Below, piece by piece: positions 1 through 8,605 of a stretch of DNA of 64,000 bases. A program made the translations under genes and the position numbers. Numbering within the stretch: position 1 is the stretch's first letter; every line of letters begins with the position of its first letter. This stretch comes from Bacteroidota bacterium (GTDB taxonomy: Bacteria > Bacteroidota > Bacteroidia > NORP154): positions 3,489-67,488 of the forward strand of contig JACZWC010000011.1 in assembly GCA_022572355.1 (NCBI GenBank), read 5' to 3'. A model generated the notes under the pieces. That model saw nothing but the letters and a program-made list of their open reading frames with translations. It did no database searches and was not told the DNA's origin.

Positions 1-190
1 TGATCGTGGTCTGTACACCAACATCGGATGAAACAAGTATTTCTTCCAGGTCATCAAGAACAATCTCATCCACGGTCGACTTACCAGCTACCGCTCTGGA
101 TAATTTTTGAAAGATATTCTGGCTGCTCTTCTCAAGCCCCTGGTCCAGCACTTCTTTCTTTTCTTTGGAAAATATTCCGAAAAATCCCAT
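1..190 (-). CDS. ftsY: Signal recognition particle receptor FtsY, N-terminal fragment (gene runs off the window start)
   Basis: Reverse-strand ATG at 188-190. My translation is MGFFGIFSKEKKEVLDQGLEKSSQNIFQKLSRAVAGKSTVDEIVLDDLEEILVSSDVGVQTTI, which resembles the conserved FtsY N-terminus of Bacteroidota. It is absent from the ORF track because the window edge truncates it. Confidence 0.75.
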   Translation of the reverse strand, partial: MGFFGIFSKEKKEVLDQGLEKSSQNIFQKLSRAVAGKSTVDEIVLDDLEEILVSSDVGVQTTI

Positions 191-212
191 CCTAATTAAA
201 AATTAATTGCAT

Positions 213-245
213 AAAAAAAGCTTCCCTCTAAAGAAGAAAGAAGCT
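213..245 (-). terminator. Candidate intrinsic terminator between the DUF4295 gene and ftsY
   Basis: On the minus strand, stem AGCTTC (240-245 pairs with 219-224) is followed by a T7 run (213-219). The loop is large (15 nt), so the call is only moderate. Confidence 0.35.
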
Positions 246-270
246 CAATGGTTTCACAGGTACAAGTAAC

Positions 271-426
271 TTATTTGGCTTGAAAGAATTTCTGTACGCT
301 GTCCTTGTGAATTATCTCAGTCCTGAAACTGTAAGCGCCGGTTTTTTCATTGACAACAGTTTTGATCGCCTTTACGTAATCCTTGCTTTTGGTGGTGCTT
401 CTTATGGGGTTTACCTTCTTTGCCAT
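271..426 (-). CDS. Small conserved DUF4295-family protein (51 aa)
   Basis: My reverse translation is MAKKVNPIRSTTKSKDYVKAIKTVVNEKTGAYSFRTEIIHKDSVQKFFQAK. ATG at 424-426, TAA at 271-273. It sits in the typical Bacteroidota position between rpmG and ftsY. It is below the ORF-track size cutoff and supersedes the plus-strand ORF 280-600. Confidence 0.7.
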   Translation of the reverse strand: MAKKVNPIRSTTKSKDYVKAIKTVVNEKTGAYSFRTEIIHKDSVQKFFQAK

Positions 427-440
427 GATAATAATATTAT

Positions 441-620
441 TTACTTGATCTCTTTATGCAGCGTCATCTTGTTCATGATAGGGTTGTATTTTTTCAATTC
501 AATCCTATCTGGTGAATTCTTCTTGTTCTTGGTAGTGATGTACCTCGATGTTCCGGGTAAGCCACTGTCTTTGTGCTCCGTACACTCAAGAATAACCTGA
601 ACTCTGTTTCCTTTTGCCAT
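441..620 (-). CDS. rpmG: 50S ribosomal protein L33
   Basis: My reverse translation is [59 protein letters not shown] (59 aa). ATG at 618-620, TAA at 441-443. This is a classic L33 sequence. Confidence 0.9.
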   Translation of the reverse strand: MAKGNRVQVILECTEHKDSGLPGTSRYITTKNKKNSPDRIELKKYNPIMNKMTLHKEIK

Positions 621-756
621 TTTTTGTTGTTTTAACGGGGCGCGAAGTTACAAAAACACATAATATTTTCCTAATTATAAACGGGGCTATTTTTAGATTA
701 TTTAAAGCTTCGCATCAGGTTTGAAATAAAGTAATTAATATTGTCGTTTCACAGAG

Positions 757-1797
757 ATGTCAATGAGTGATAGCCAGAAAAAGGTAGGTGTAGTTGTAAT
801 TAGCTACAACGGAGCAGAATTGTTGGAGAAGTTTATTCCCCCAATCCTGGCCAGCGATTATGATGACTTCGAGGTATATGTAATTGACAATGCATCTACA
901 GATAACACCCAGGAGTTACTCAAGGAAAAATTCCCCTCTGTAAAAGTAATTACACTGGATGTCAACAAGGGATTCACTACAGGTTATGTCGAGGGGCTTA
1001 AGCATGTAACGAACGAATACTATGTACTTATTAGCGCGGATATTGAGGTTACCAATAATTGGATTCGACCGATAATAGAATTAATGGATTCTGATCCTGA
1101 TATAGCGGCTTGTCAACCCAAGGTTAAGTCCTGGGACGATAAAAACCGCTTTGAGTACTCAGGATCAGCAGGGGGATACATAGATCGTTTTGGATATCCA
1201 TTTTGCCGGGGAAGAATGTTCTTCACGATGGAGGAAGATACAGGACAATATGATGATACGAGGGAAACATTCTGGGCTACCGGTGGTTGTTTGTTTATCA
1301 GATCTGAGCTTTACAACCGTTCAGGCGGATTAGACAATGACTTTTATGCACACATGGAGGAGATTGACCTGTGCTGGCGCCTGAAGAATATGGGATACAA
1401 GATCATGGTGTGTCCGGAATCGGTTGTGTATCATGTGGGAGGACACATTATCGCATATGGAAGCCCTGCGAAGATCTACAGGAACTTTAGAAATAGCCTG
1501 ATTACCAACCTGAAGAACATGCCCCTGAATGAGCTAATCTGGAAAATACCGTTCCGAATGACTCTCGATATGGTTTATGAGATAAAAGTGCTTCTTTCAG
1601 GCAATTTCATGGAGTATATCAATATCGCCAAAGCGCACTTGCATTTTCTTATTTATCTGCCCAAGTGGTGGGCCAAGAGGCGGGAGGTGCAAAAATTAGT
1701 TGCGAATCCAAATAAGGCTGGAGTGTATAAAGGAAGTATTGTTTTTGATTATTTCATCAGGAAGAAAAAGCGTTTCTCTGATCTGGATTTTCATTGA
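757..1797 (+). CDS. Family 2 glycosyltransferase (GT-A fold)
   Basis: 346 aa. N-terminal VGVVVISYNGAELL...DNASTDNT and a DxD-like region (ISADIEV) are typical of GT2 rhamnosyl/glycosyl transferases. Confidence 0.85.
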   Translation: MSMSDSQKKVGVVVISYNGAELLEKFIPPILASDYDDFEVYVIDNASTDNTQELLKEKFPSVKVITLDVNKGFTTGYVEGLKHVTNEYYVLISADIEVTNNWIRPIIELMDSDPDIAACQPKVKSWDDKNRFEYSGSAGGYIDRFGYPFCRGRMFFTMEEDTGQYDDTRETFWATGGCLFIRSELYNRSGGLDNDFYAHMEEIDLCWRLKNMGYKIMVCPESVVYHVGGHIIAYGSPAKIYRNFRNSLITNLKNMPLNELIWKIPFRMTLDMVYEIKVLLSGNFMEYINIAKAHLHFLIYLPKWWAKRREVQKLVANPNKAGVYKGSIVFDYFIRKKKRFSDLDFH

Positions 1798-1839
1798 TAT
1801 ACTTAATCTGCCTAGTCGGCGTTTATATGCCATCTTTTT

Positions 1840-1847
1840 TAACTTTG
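1840..1847 (+). promoter_or_regulatory. Candidate Bacteroidota sigma-A -7 box (TAACTTTG)
   Basis: Exact match to the TAnnTTTG -7 consensus, 24 bp upstream of the rfbF ATG. No convincing -33 TTTG lies at the canonical spacing. Confidence 0.3.
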
Positions 1848-1870
1848 TCAGATACCGTTAATCATATGCT

Positions 1871-2644
1871 ATGAAGGTTGTAATTTTTGCTGGGGGTATG
1901 GGTACGCGCATCGCTGAGGAGTCACATCTGAGGCCCAAACCTATGATTGAAATCGGTGGCAAGCCCATTCTATGGCATATCATGAAACATTATGCTTTCT
2001 ATGGACACAAAGAGTTCGTGATTTGCCTGGGTTACAAGGGCCATATGATTCGAGAGTATTTTATGAATTACTTCCTGGTGAACTCGGACATTACTATCGA
2101 CACAAAGACCAATAAAATAGAAGTGCTGATATCGAAATCAGACCAGTTTTCTGTTACAATGGTCGAAACAGGACTGGAAACCATGACAGCCGGCCGCCTT
2201 AAGCAGGTGCAAAAATATGTCGATAAGGAAGACTTTATGCTCACCTATGGTGATGGGGTCTCCGATCTGAATATCGATGGCCTGGTGAAAGAGCATCAGG
2301 CTCATGGCAAGATTGCAACCATGACTGTTATTCAACCGACTAGCAGGTTTGGCATCGTAGAATCCGACGAAAATAATGTGGTAACCAATTTTGTAGAAAA
2401 ACCCAAGGAGAGCGGTTCATGGATCAATGGTGGATTTTTTGTACTCAAACCAGAAGTATTTAAACATTTGAAAGATGATGCGGAAGAAGTCATGTGGGAG
2501 AGACAGCCTCTGAATGATCTCGCTTCTGACCGACAAATTGTGGTTCATAAACACAGCGGATTTTGGAAATGCATGGACACCATGAGAGATCGAGAGGAAT
2601 TGGAAGACCTATGGGTGAACGATCCCAAATGGAAATGCTGGTAA
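1871..2644 (+). CDS. rfbF: Glucose-1-phosphate cytidylyltransferase
   Basis: 257 aa. MKVVIFAGGMGTRIAEESHLRPKPMIEIGGKPILWHIMKHY is the canonical RfbF/DdhA N-terminus. Confidence 0.9.
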   Translation: MKVVIFAGGMGTRIAEESHLRPKPMIEIGGKPILWHIMKHYAFYGHKEFVICLGYKGHMIREYFMNYFLVNSDITIDTKTNKIEVLISKSDQFSVTMVETGLETMTAGRLKQVQKYVDKEDFMLTYGDGVSDLNIDGLVKEHQAHGKIATMTVIQPTSRFGIVESDENNVVTNFVEKPKESGSWINGGFFVLKPEVFKHLKDDAEEVMWERQPLNDLASDRQIVVHKHSGFWKCMDTMRDREELEDLWVNDPKWKCW

Positions 2645-2677
2645 GCCACTTCCATTACCCAGATTAAGGAATCAACT

Positions 2678-3751
2678 ATGTTTGACATACTTAAATCCAC
2701 TTACGAAGGCAAGAAAGTATTCCTTACGGGCCATACTGGATTCAAGGGATCCTGGATGTTGGTCATACTCAAAGTTTTGGGTGCCCGAACAAAAGGTTAT
2801 TCACTCGTTCCAGAAGGGAATCCTAATCTGTACGATCTGATAGAAGGCAACGGCCTTTGCGAATCTATCATTCACGATATACTCGATGTAAAGTTCTTGG
2901 AGAAAGAATTATTCGACTTCCAACCAGATTTTATTTTTCACTTCGCCGCACAATCCCTGGTCAGAAAATCTTACAATACTCCGCTGGAAACATTTGAAGT
3001 GAATATGATGGGTACGAGTAACCTGTTGAACGCTGCACGCGAGCTTACACGTAAATGCAGTATAGTGGTGGTAACAACGGACAAGGTATATGAAAACCTT
3101 GAAAAGGATTACGCATACACGGAATCTGATAAATTGGGTGGATTTGATCCCTATAGTTCTAGCAAGGCTTGCGCAGAAATTGCAACGGGCTCGTTTAGGC
3201 AATCATTCTTCCATCCTGACAACTATGAGGACCACAATATTTGTCTGGCTACTGCCAGATCAGGCAATGTAATAGGGGGGGGTGACTGGGCAGAGGACAG
3301 AATTATTCCAGATATAGTACGTTCACTGGATGCCGGGGAAAAACTGAATTTAAGAAATCCAGCATCGACACGGCCCTGGCAGCATGTACTGGAGCCACTT
3401 TATGGTTACCTTTTGCTTGGTGCAAAGATGGAGGAAGAACCACAACGCTTTGCTGATGCATTTAACTTCGGGCCATCTGAAGGTGATGAACTTTCTGTAG
3501 AAGACCTTGTCAAAATTGCTCTCGATAAATGGGGAAGTGGTGAATATGAGGTAAGCTCGGATGTCGATGCTCCTCATGAGGCAGGGTTGTTGAAACTGGA
3601 CATTTCCAAAGCAGGTGATCAATTAGGATGGAAACCGAAAATGAGCTCCAGAGAAGCAATTGATAAGACAGTTGAATGGTATACAACTTACAAGGACGAT
3701 CCCATCGGCATTACTGAACAGCAAATAAGAGCATATTTCGGTACAGAATGA
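2678..3751 (+). CDS. rfbG: CDP-glucose 4,6-dehydratase
   Basis: 357 aa. Rossmann motif GHTGFKGSW, a YSSSK catalytic motif, and the size and position expected after rfbF. Confidence 0.9.
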   Translation: MFDILKSTYEGKKVFLTGHTGFKGSWMLVILKVLGARTKGYSLVPEGNPNLYDLIEGNGLCESIIHDILDVKFLEKELFDFQPDFIFHFAAQSLVRKSYNTPLETFEVNMMGTSNLLNAARELTRKCSIVVVTTDKVYENLEKDYAYTESDKLGGFDPYSSSKACAEIATGSFRQSFFHPDNYEDHNICLATARSGNVIGGGDWAEDRIIPDIVRSLDAGEKLNLRNPASTRPWQHVLEPLYGYLLLGAKMEEEPQRFADAFNFGPSEGDELSVEDLVKIALDKWGSGEYEVSSDVDAPHEAGLLKLDISKAGDQLGWKPKMSSREAIDKTVEWYTTYKDDPIGITEQQIRAYFGTE

Positions 3752-4284
3752 AACTCAACCCCACGGATATATCAGGAGTATTTGTGTTAGAGCTTCCAAA
3801 TTCGGAAGATGAACGTGGGGATTTTGTAAAAATTCTGCACAGAGATTCGTTTGTTGAACAGGGATTGGATGCAGACTTTGCGGAGAGCTATTATTCTACC
3901 TCTTTCAAAGGGGTAATCAGGGGCATGCACTTTCAATTACCACCCCACGATCATTCCAAACTGGTTTATGCAGTCGAAGGATCGGTAACTGATGTTTTAC
4001 TCGATCTAAGAAAGGACTCAGATACATTTAAGGAATTTATCACCTTAGAGTTGAGTAAAGGCAATAGAAACGCGGTATATATTCCAAAAGGAGTCGCTCA
4101 TGGTTTTGAAGTGACAAGTGATTCAGCAACCTTGGTGTACATGACAACCACCGTGTACCACATGGAATCGGATACAGGAATATTGTGGAATTCCATTGGC
4201 CATGACTGGAATAATTCAGATCCAAACATGTCGGAACGAGACCGGTCTTTTGTGAGTTTGGCAGATTTTGACAGTCCCTTTTAA
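3748..4284 (+). CDS. RmlC-like cupin sugar-nucleotide 3,5- (or 5-) epimerase
   Basis: 178 aa. ERGDF...IRGMHFQ...KLVYAVEGSVTDVLLDLR...GVAHGF matches the dTDP-4-dehydrorhamnose 3,5-epimerase fold family. The start overlaps the rfbG stop (ATGA). Confidence 0.75.
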   Translation: MKLNPTDISGVFVLELPNSEDERGDFVKILHRDSFVEQGLDADFAESYYSTSFKGVIRGMHFQLPPHDHSKLVYAVEGSVTDVLLDLRKDSDTFKEFITLELSKGNRNAVYIPKGVAHGFEVTSDSATLVYMTTTVYHMESDTGILWNSIGHDWNNSDPNMSERDRSFVSLADFDSPF

Positions 4285-4293
4285 CTACCGGAT

Positions 4294-5169
4294 ATGAATG
4301 TTTTGATTATTGGTGCTTCAGGCCTGGTGGGAGGCAATTGTTTAAGGCATTTCTCAGAACAAACCAACATTAATGTAGTTGGCACCTATTTCTCCTACCA
4401 AACGGGTGAGTTAAGCTATTTTGACACACTTAATCCTGACAATCCTGAGAACTTTGATATTGAAGCATTCAGCCCAGATGCAATTATTCATTGCGGGGCG
4501 CTTACACACGTAGATTACTGCGAAGATCACGTTAATGAGAGCTATGAGAAAACCGTAAAATCTACCCTCAATGTAATAGAGCTCTGCCAAAAAACCAGTG
4601 CTAGAATGGTTTTTATATCGACAGACTACGTCTTTGATGGTGAGAATGGCCCGTACGATGAAGAGGCGGAGGTCAACCCGCTCGGAGTGTATGCCAAACA
4701 CAAGCTGGAAGCTGAGCGAGCGGTCTTGAAGGAGCTGCCGGAAAGTATTGTCATTCGAATTACCAACGTGTATGGAGATGAGGAGCGAAAGAAGAACTTC
4801 GTTATTCGAATTGTCGATCAGATTCTCGAAGGAAAGAAACTCACACTCAAATTGCCAGTTGATCAATACGCTACACCAGTCAATGCCTCGGATGTGGCAA
4901 GGGCTGTGTTCTTATTGCTGTCTGACAACAAATCAGGCATTTACAATTTGAACAGTTCGGACTATGTTAATCGGGTGGAATTGGTTGAGATTATTCTGGC
5001 GAGATTTCCTGAAGCCGAATATGACATGGAGGAACTTTCTACTGCTGATCTGCAACAGGCTGCACTGCGTCCGTTGAAGGGGGGTTTGCTCAATCATAAA
5101 TTCTTGAACGAGTATCCCGAATTTCGGTTCTCAAATGTTGACGAATATTTAAATAAATTTGCCTCCTGA
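4294..5169 (+). CDS. RmlD-like SDR 4-ketosugar reductase
   Basis: 291 aa. N-terminal GASGLVGG Rossmann motif and a YAKHK (YxxxK) catalytic motif, like the dTDP-4-dehydrorhamnose reductase family. Confidence 0.7.
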   Translation: MNVLIIGASGLVGGNCLRHFSEQTNINVVGTYFSYQTGELSYFDTLNPDNPENFDIEAFSPDAIIHCGALTHVDYCEDHVNESYEKTVKSTLNVIELCQKTSARMVFISTDYVFDGENGPYDEEAEVNPLGVYAKHKLEAERAVLKELPESIVIRITNVYGDEERKKNFVIRIVDQILEGKKLTLKLPVDQYATPVNASDVARAVFLLLSDNKSGIYNLNSSDYVNRVELVEIILARFPEAEYDMEELSTADLQQAALRPLKGGLLNHKFLNEYPEFRFSNVDEYLNKFAS

Positions 5170-5170
5170 A

Positions 5171-6376
5171 ATGGCCAAAGAAGATTATTTGCATGTTCCC
5201 TACGGAAAGACCGTCCATGGCGAAGAGGAGATAGACGCTGTTGTCAACGTGTTGCGTACCTCTACCCAGATGGGCAAACACGTCCGGGAGTTTGAGCGCA
5301 AGGTGGCTGACTTATTCGAAAAGAAGCATGGTATCATGCTGAATTCTGGTTCTTCAGCCAACTATTTGGCAGTTGAATTGTTGGGCCTTGAAAAGGGCGA
5401 TGAAGTAATTACCCCGGCCCTGACTTTTGCCACTACCGTTGCACCCCTCATAAAATTCGGGTTAAAACCCGCATTCGTAGATGTGGCGCCGGGAACGTAC
5501 AATACCGATGTAAATAAAGTAGAAGAGCTGATTTCGGATAAAACCAAAGCACTGATGATTCCTAATTTGTTGGGTAATATACCAGATTGGGATGTGCTCA
5601 AAGGGATTGCTGATAAACACAATCTGAAGATCATTGAGGACTCTGCCGATACACTGGGTGGGACACTTAGAGGAAAGAGCACTGGACAGCATTCTGACAT
5701 AAGCACCACGAGCTTTTACGGTTCACATGTAATCAATTGCGCAGGTAACGGAGGATTAATGGCGGTCAATTCTGAGGAATACAAGGACAAAGCGAATTTA
5801 TTGCGAAGTTGGGGAAGGAGCTCTTCACTGTTCGTGGAATCTGAGAAAATCGAAAACCGCTTCAATGTAGATGTAGATGGAATTGGCTACGACGCCAAAT
5901 TCGTTTTTGAAGCAATAGGATACAATTGGGAACCTTCCGAGATGGGTGCAGCATTTGGATTGGTGCAACTGACCAAGTTGGATGATAACATTAGCAAACG
6001 GGAATCAAATTTTGCTGATTTGCTAGCCTTCTTTAAAGGGTATGAAGAATGGTTTATTCTGCCGGAACAGTTAGGGAATTCCCGAACCGGATGGCTTGCA
6101 TTCGCCATGACCATCAAAGACGACGCTCCATTTTCTAGAAAGGAAATGCAGATTTTCCTGGAGAATAGGAACATTCAGACCCGCACAGTGTTTACTGGAA
6201 ATATATTGCGCCAACCTGGATTCAAGAACATTGAAAGAGTAGAATCAAGGGATGGTTACCCAGAGGCGGATCATGTGATGCGTGGTGGAATATTATTGGG
6301 TTGTCATCACGGGATGACGGCCGAGATGCTGACGCACATTAAGGAATCTTTTCAGGACTTTATCAAGCAGTTTTGA
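5171..6376 (+). CDS. RfbH/ColD-like PLP/PMP-dependent sugar-nucleotide 3-dehydrase (DegT/DnrJ/EryC1 fold)
   Basis: The track ORF starts at a TTG (5159), but the ATG at 5171 directly follows the stop of the previous gene. The Schiff-base lysine position reads SFYGSHVI, with His instead of Lys, which is the hallmark of E1/ColD 3-dehydrases. WGR...RF...GYD.KF...GYN matches the RfbH layout. Confidence 0.7.
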   Translation: MAKEDYLHVPYGKTVHGEEEIDAVVNVLRTSTQMGKHVREFERKVADLFEKKHGIMLNSGSSANYLAVELLGLEKGDEVITPALTFATTVAPLIKFGLKPAFVDVAPGTYNTDVNKVEELISDKTKALMIPNLLGNIPDWDVLKGIADKHNLKIIEDSADTLGGTLRGKSTGQHSDISTTSFYGSHVINCAGNGGLMAVNSEEYKDKANLLRSWGRSSSLFVESEKIENRFNVDVDGIGYDAKFVFEAIGYNWEPSEMGAAFGLVQLTKLDDNISKRESNFADLLAFFKGYEEWFILPEQLGNSRTGWLAFAMTIKDDAPFSRKEMQIFLENRNIQTRTVFTGNILRQPGFKNIERVESRDGYPEADHVMRGGILLGCHHGMTAEMLTHIKESFQDFIKQF

Positions 6377-6409
6377 CCCCCGGTTTTTTGTTCCATTACC
6401 TTCGGTAGA

Positions 6410-6445
6410 GTCACAAAAAATCCGTCCCCCTAAAATTAGGGGGAC
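6410..6445 (-). terminator. Intrinsic terminator between convergent genes (best fit is for aroQ)
   Basis: A 9-bp perfect stem, GTCCCCCTA (6424-6432) pairing with TAGGGGGAC (6437-6445). On the minus strand it is followed by GGATTTTTTG. Confidence 0.55.
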
Positions 6446-6499
6446 AGTTTATGAGCAAAGCGAATAAACAGGGGGTAAAAGCTTCTGAATTCACTCTAC

Positions 6500-6922
6500 T
6501 TATTGATCTTGTAGCAAGCTCTCCAATCCCAACCGATAAGAATCCAATCCAAATCCCGAAATAATCCCTACACAGTTCTTCGACAGAAGTGAAACATGCC
6601 TGAACTCTTCACGGGCGAAGATGTTTGAGATATGAACCTCGATAACCGGAGTTTCAATAGCTGCAATCGCATCAGAAATGGCAACAGATGTATGGGTATA
6701 TCCTCCCGCATTTAGCAATATCCCATCATATGTAAAACCAACTTCCTGAAGTTTATCTATCAACTCACCTTCTACATTGGATTGAAAATATTCCAACTTC
6801 ACTTCTTTGTAGCGATCCTGTAATTCGCCGAAATAAGTATCAAATGACTTGTTGCCATATACTGACTCTTCCCTGGTTCCGAGCAGGTTGAGATTGGGGC
6901 CATTGATGATAATGATCTTCAC
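6500..6922 (-). CDS. aroQ: Type II 3-dehydroquinate dehydratase
   Basis: 140 aa with a GTG start. MKIIIINGPNLNLLGTRE...GGYTHTSVAI...EVHISN is diagnostic of AroQ. Confidence 0.92.
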   Translation of the reverse strand: MKIIIINGPNLNLLGTREESVYGNKSFDTYFGELQDRYKEVKLEYFQSNVEGELIDKLQEVGFTYDGILLNAGGYTHTSVAISDAIAAIETPVIEVHISNIFAREEFRHVSLLSKNCVGIISGFGLDSYRLGLESLLQDQ

Positions 6923-7007
6923 AATACTGTTGTTGGCATTTCTGTAGATAAAAGTACCAAAAATTGACTGCGACGTTCTATCTTTAAGCCAACCTAATCA
7001 GAGAATT

Positions 7008-7430
7008 ATGTCAATTTGGTTTCATAAGGAGTTTGATGATCGTGTTAAGCAAATGCAAAAGGGAAATATCCTGGAACAATTGGGCATTGAAGTGGTTGAG
7101 ATTGGAGATGATTTTGTAAAAGGTAAAATGCCCGTAGATCACCGCACTCATCAACCTACTGGATTGTTACATGGGGGAGCTTCGGTGGTTCTAGCTGAGT
7201 CACTGGGAAGTATTGGCGCTAATCTGGTAATTGACAATTCAAAGCATCTATGTGTAGGGATTGAGGTCAACGCTAATCACATTCGTTCGGTTAGGGAAGG
7301 TTATGTATTCGGCGTTGCAAGGCCGGTGAATTTAGGAGGGAAGATACATGTGTGGTCCATAGAGATAACCAATGAAGAGGGCAAAATAGTCTGCAGTAGC
7401 CGTCTCACTATGGCAGTTATAAGTATCTGA
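7008..7430 (+). CDS. PaaI/YbdB-family hotdog-fold thioesterase
   Basis: 140 aa. The QPTGLLHGGASVVLAESLGS motif is typical of this family. Confidence 0.8.
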   Translation: MSIWFHKEFDDRVKQMQKGNILEQLGIEVVEIGDDFVKGKMPVDHRTHQPTGLLHGGASVVLAESLGSIGANLVIDNSKHLCVGIEVNANHIRSVREGYVFGVARPVNLGGKIHVWSIEITNEEGKIVCSSRLTMAVISI

Positions 7431-7434
7431 CCTG

Positions 7435-8334
7435 ATGGATTGGAAATCATCAATCGGCGGATTCAAATCTTATTTAAAACTGGAAAAATCTCTTTCTGAG
7501 AATACTGTAGAAGCCTATATCCGGGATATCAATAAGTTAACTCAATACCTGAATCACAAGAGTCTTAAACAATCGGCTGATCAGATAGAACTTACACATT
7601 TACAGGACTTCCTCGTTTGGGCTAATGAGTTGGGTATGAATGCACGAACCCAATCCAGAGTGATATCCGGGATAAAATCCTTTTTTAAATATCTGCTTAT
7701 TGAAGATATCCGCAAAGATGATCCAACAGAATTGCTGGAATCACCAAAAATCGGCAGAAAGCTGCCCGAAACCCTTTCCACAGAGGAGATTGAAGAATTG
7801 ATTGCCGCCATCGACCTAAGTAAACCCAATGGCGAACGGAATAAGGCCATGCTGGAAACGCTATATGGTTCAGGATTGCGCGTCTCCGAACTGATCGGAC
7901 TCAAAATATCCAATATTTTCTTCAACGATAATTTTCTGAAAATTACCGGCAAGGGTGATAAGGAGCGTTTGGTGCCAATCGGGTCCGTTGCGCTCAAGCA
8001 AATAGAAATCTACCGCGAACTGGTGAGGAGCCATCTCGATATCAATCCTGAATATATCGATATCCTCTTCCTAAATAAGTTGGGGTCAAAGCTGAGCAGA
8101 GTTATGGTGTTCAAAATAATCAAGACACTTGCGGAAAGGATCGGACTTAAAAAGAACATCAGCCCGCACACTTTCCGGCATTCATTTGCGACGCATCTAA
8201 TTGAAGGTGGTGCAGATTTGAGGGCCGTTCAGGAAATGTTAGGACACGAATCTATCATCACTACGGAGATCTATACCCATCTGGACAGAGACTTCTTAAG
8301 AAATGAAATTATTCAGTTTCACCCGCGTTCTTAA
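7435..8334 (+). CDS. xerD: Site-specific tyrosine recombinase XerD
   Basis: 299 aa. SAM-like N-terminal domain, RVSEL...HTFRHSFATHL...LGHESIITTEIYTH catalytic residues (R..HxxR..Y), and a housekeeping context. Confidence 0.85.
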   Translation: MDWKSSIGGFKSYLKLEKSLSENTVEAYIRDINKLTQYLNHKSLKQSADQIELTHLQDFLVWANELGMNARTQSRVISGIKSFFKYLLIEDIRKDDPTELLESPKIGRKLPETLSTEEIEELIAAIDLSKPNGERNKAMLETLYGSGLRVSELIGLKISNIFFNDNFLKITGKGDKERLVPIGSVALKQIEIYRELVRSHLDINPEYIDILFLNKLGSKLSRVMVFKIIKTLAERIGLKKNISPHTFRHSFATHLIEGGADLRAVQEMLGHESIITTEIYTHLDRDFLRNEIIQFHPRS

Positions 8335-8453
8335 CCGTATCTCCTCCTTCTGGTAATTGGCATTAAGATTTAGTCATTAAATAAGCTATTGAAAATTTGA
8401 TTTTAGGTATAAATGGTCAAGTTGGAGTCGGCAGTCTCCAATTTGCAGGACCT

Positions 8454-8535
<82 letters not shown>

Positions 8536-8605
8536 AATTTGCCACTTAAAGCATTTAATTGTTCCAAAATAGCTAGCTTAGAAGTACTCTAATTTAAATT
8601 TGTTT

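Noticed and set aside
280-600. 106-aa plus-strand ORF from the track
   Set aside because: The same interval encodes rpmG (441-620) and a DUF4295 protein (271-426) on the minus strand, both with clear conserved sequences. The plus-strand ORF is a low-complexity shadow.
7435-8334. Tyrosine recombinase as the integrase of a mobile element next to the repeat array
   Set aside because: The sequence and length fit housekeeping XerD. The flanking genes are core metabolism (aroQ, thioesterase). No att-like repeats or cargo genes are visible.
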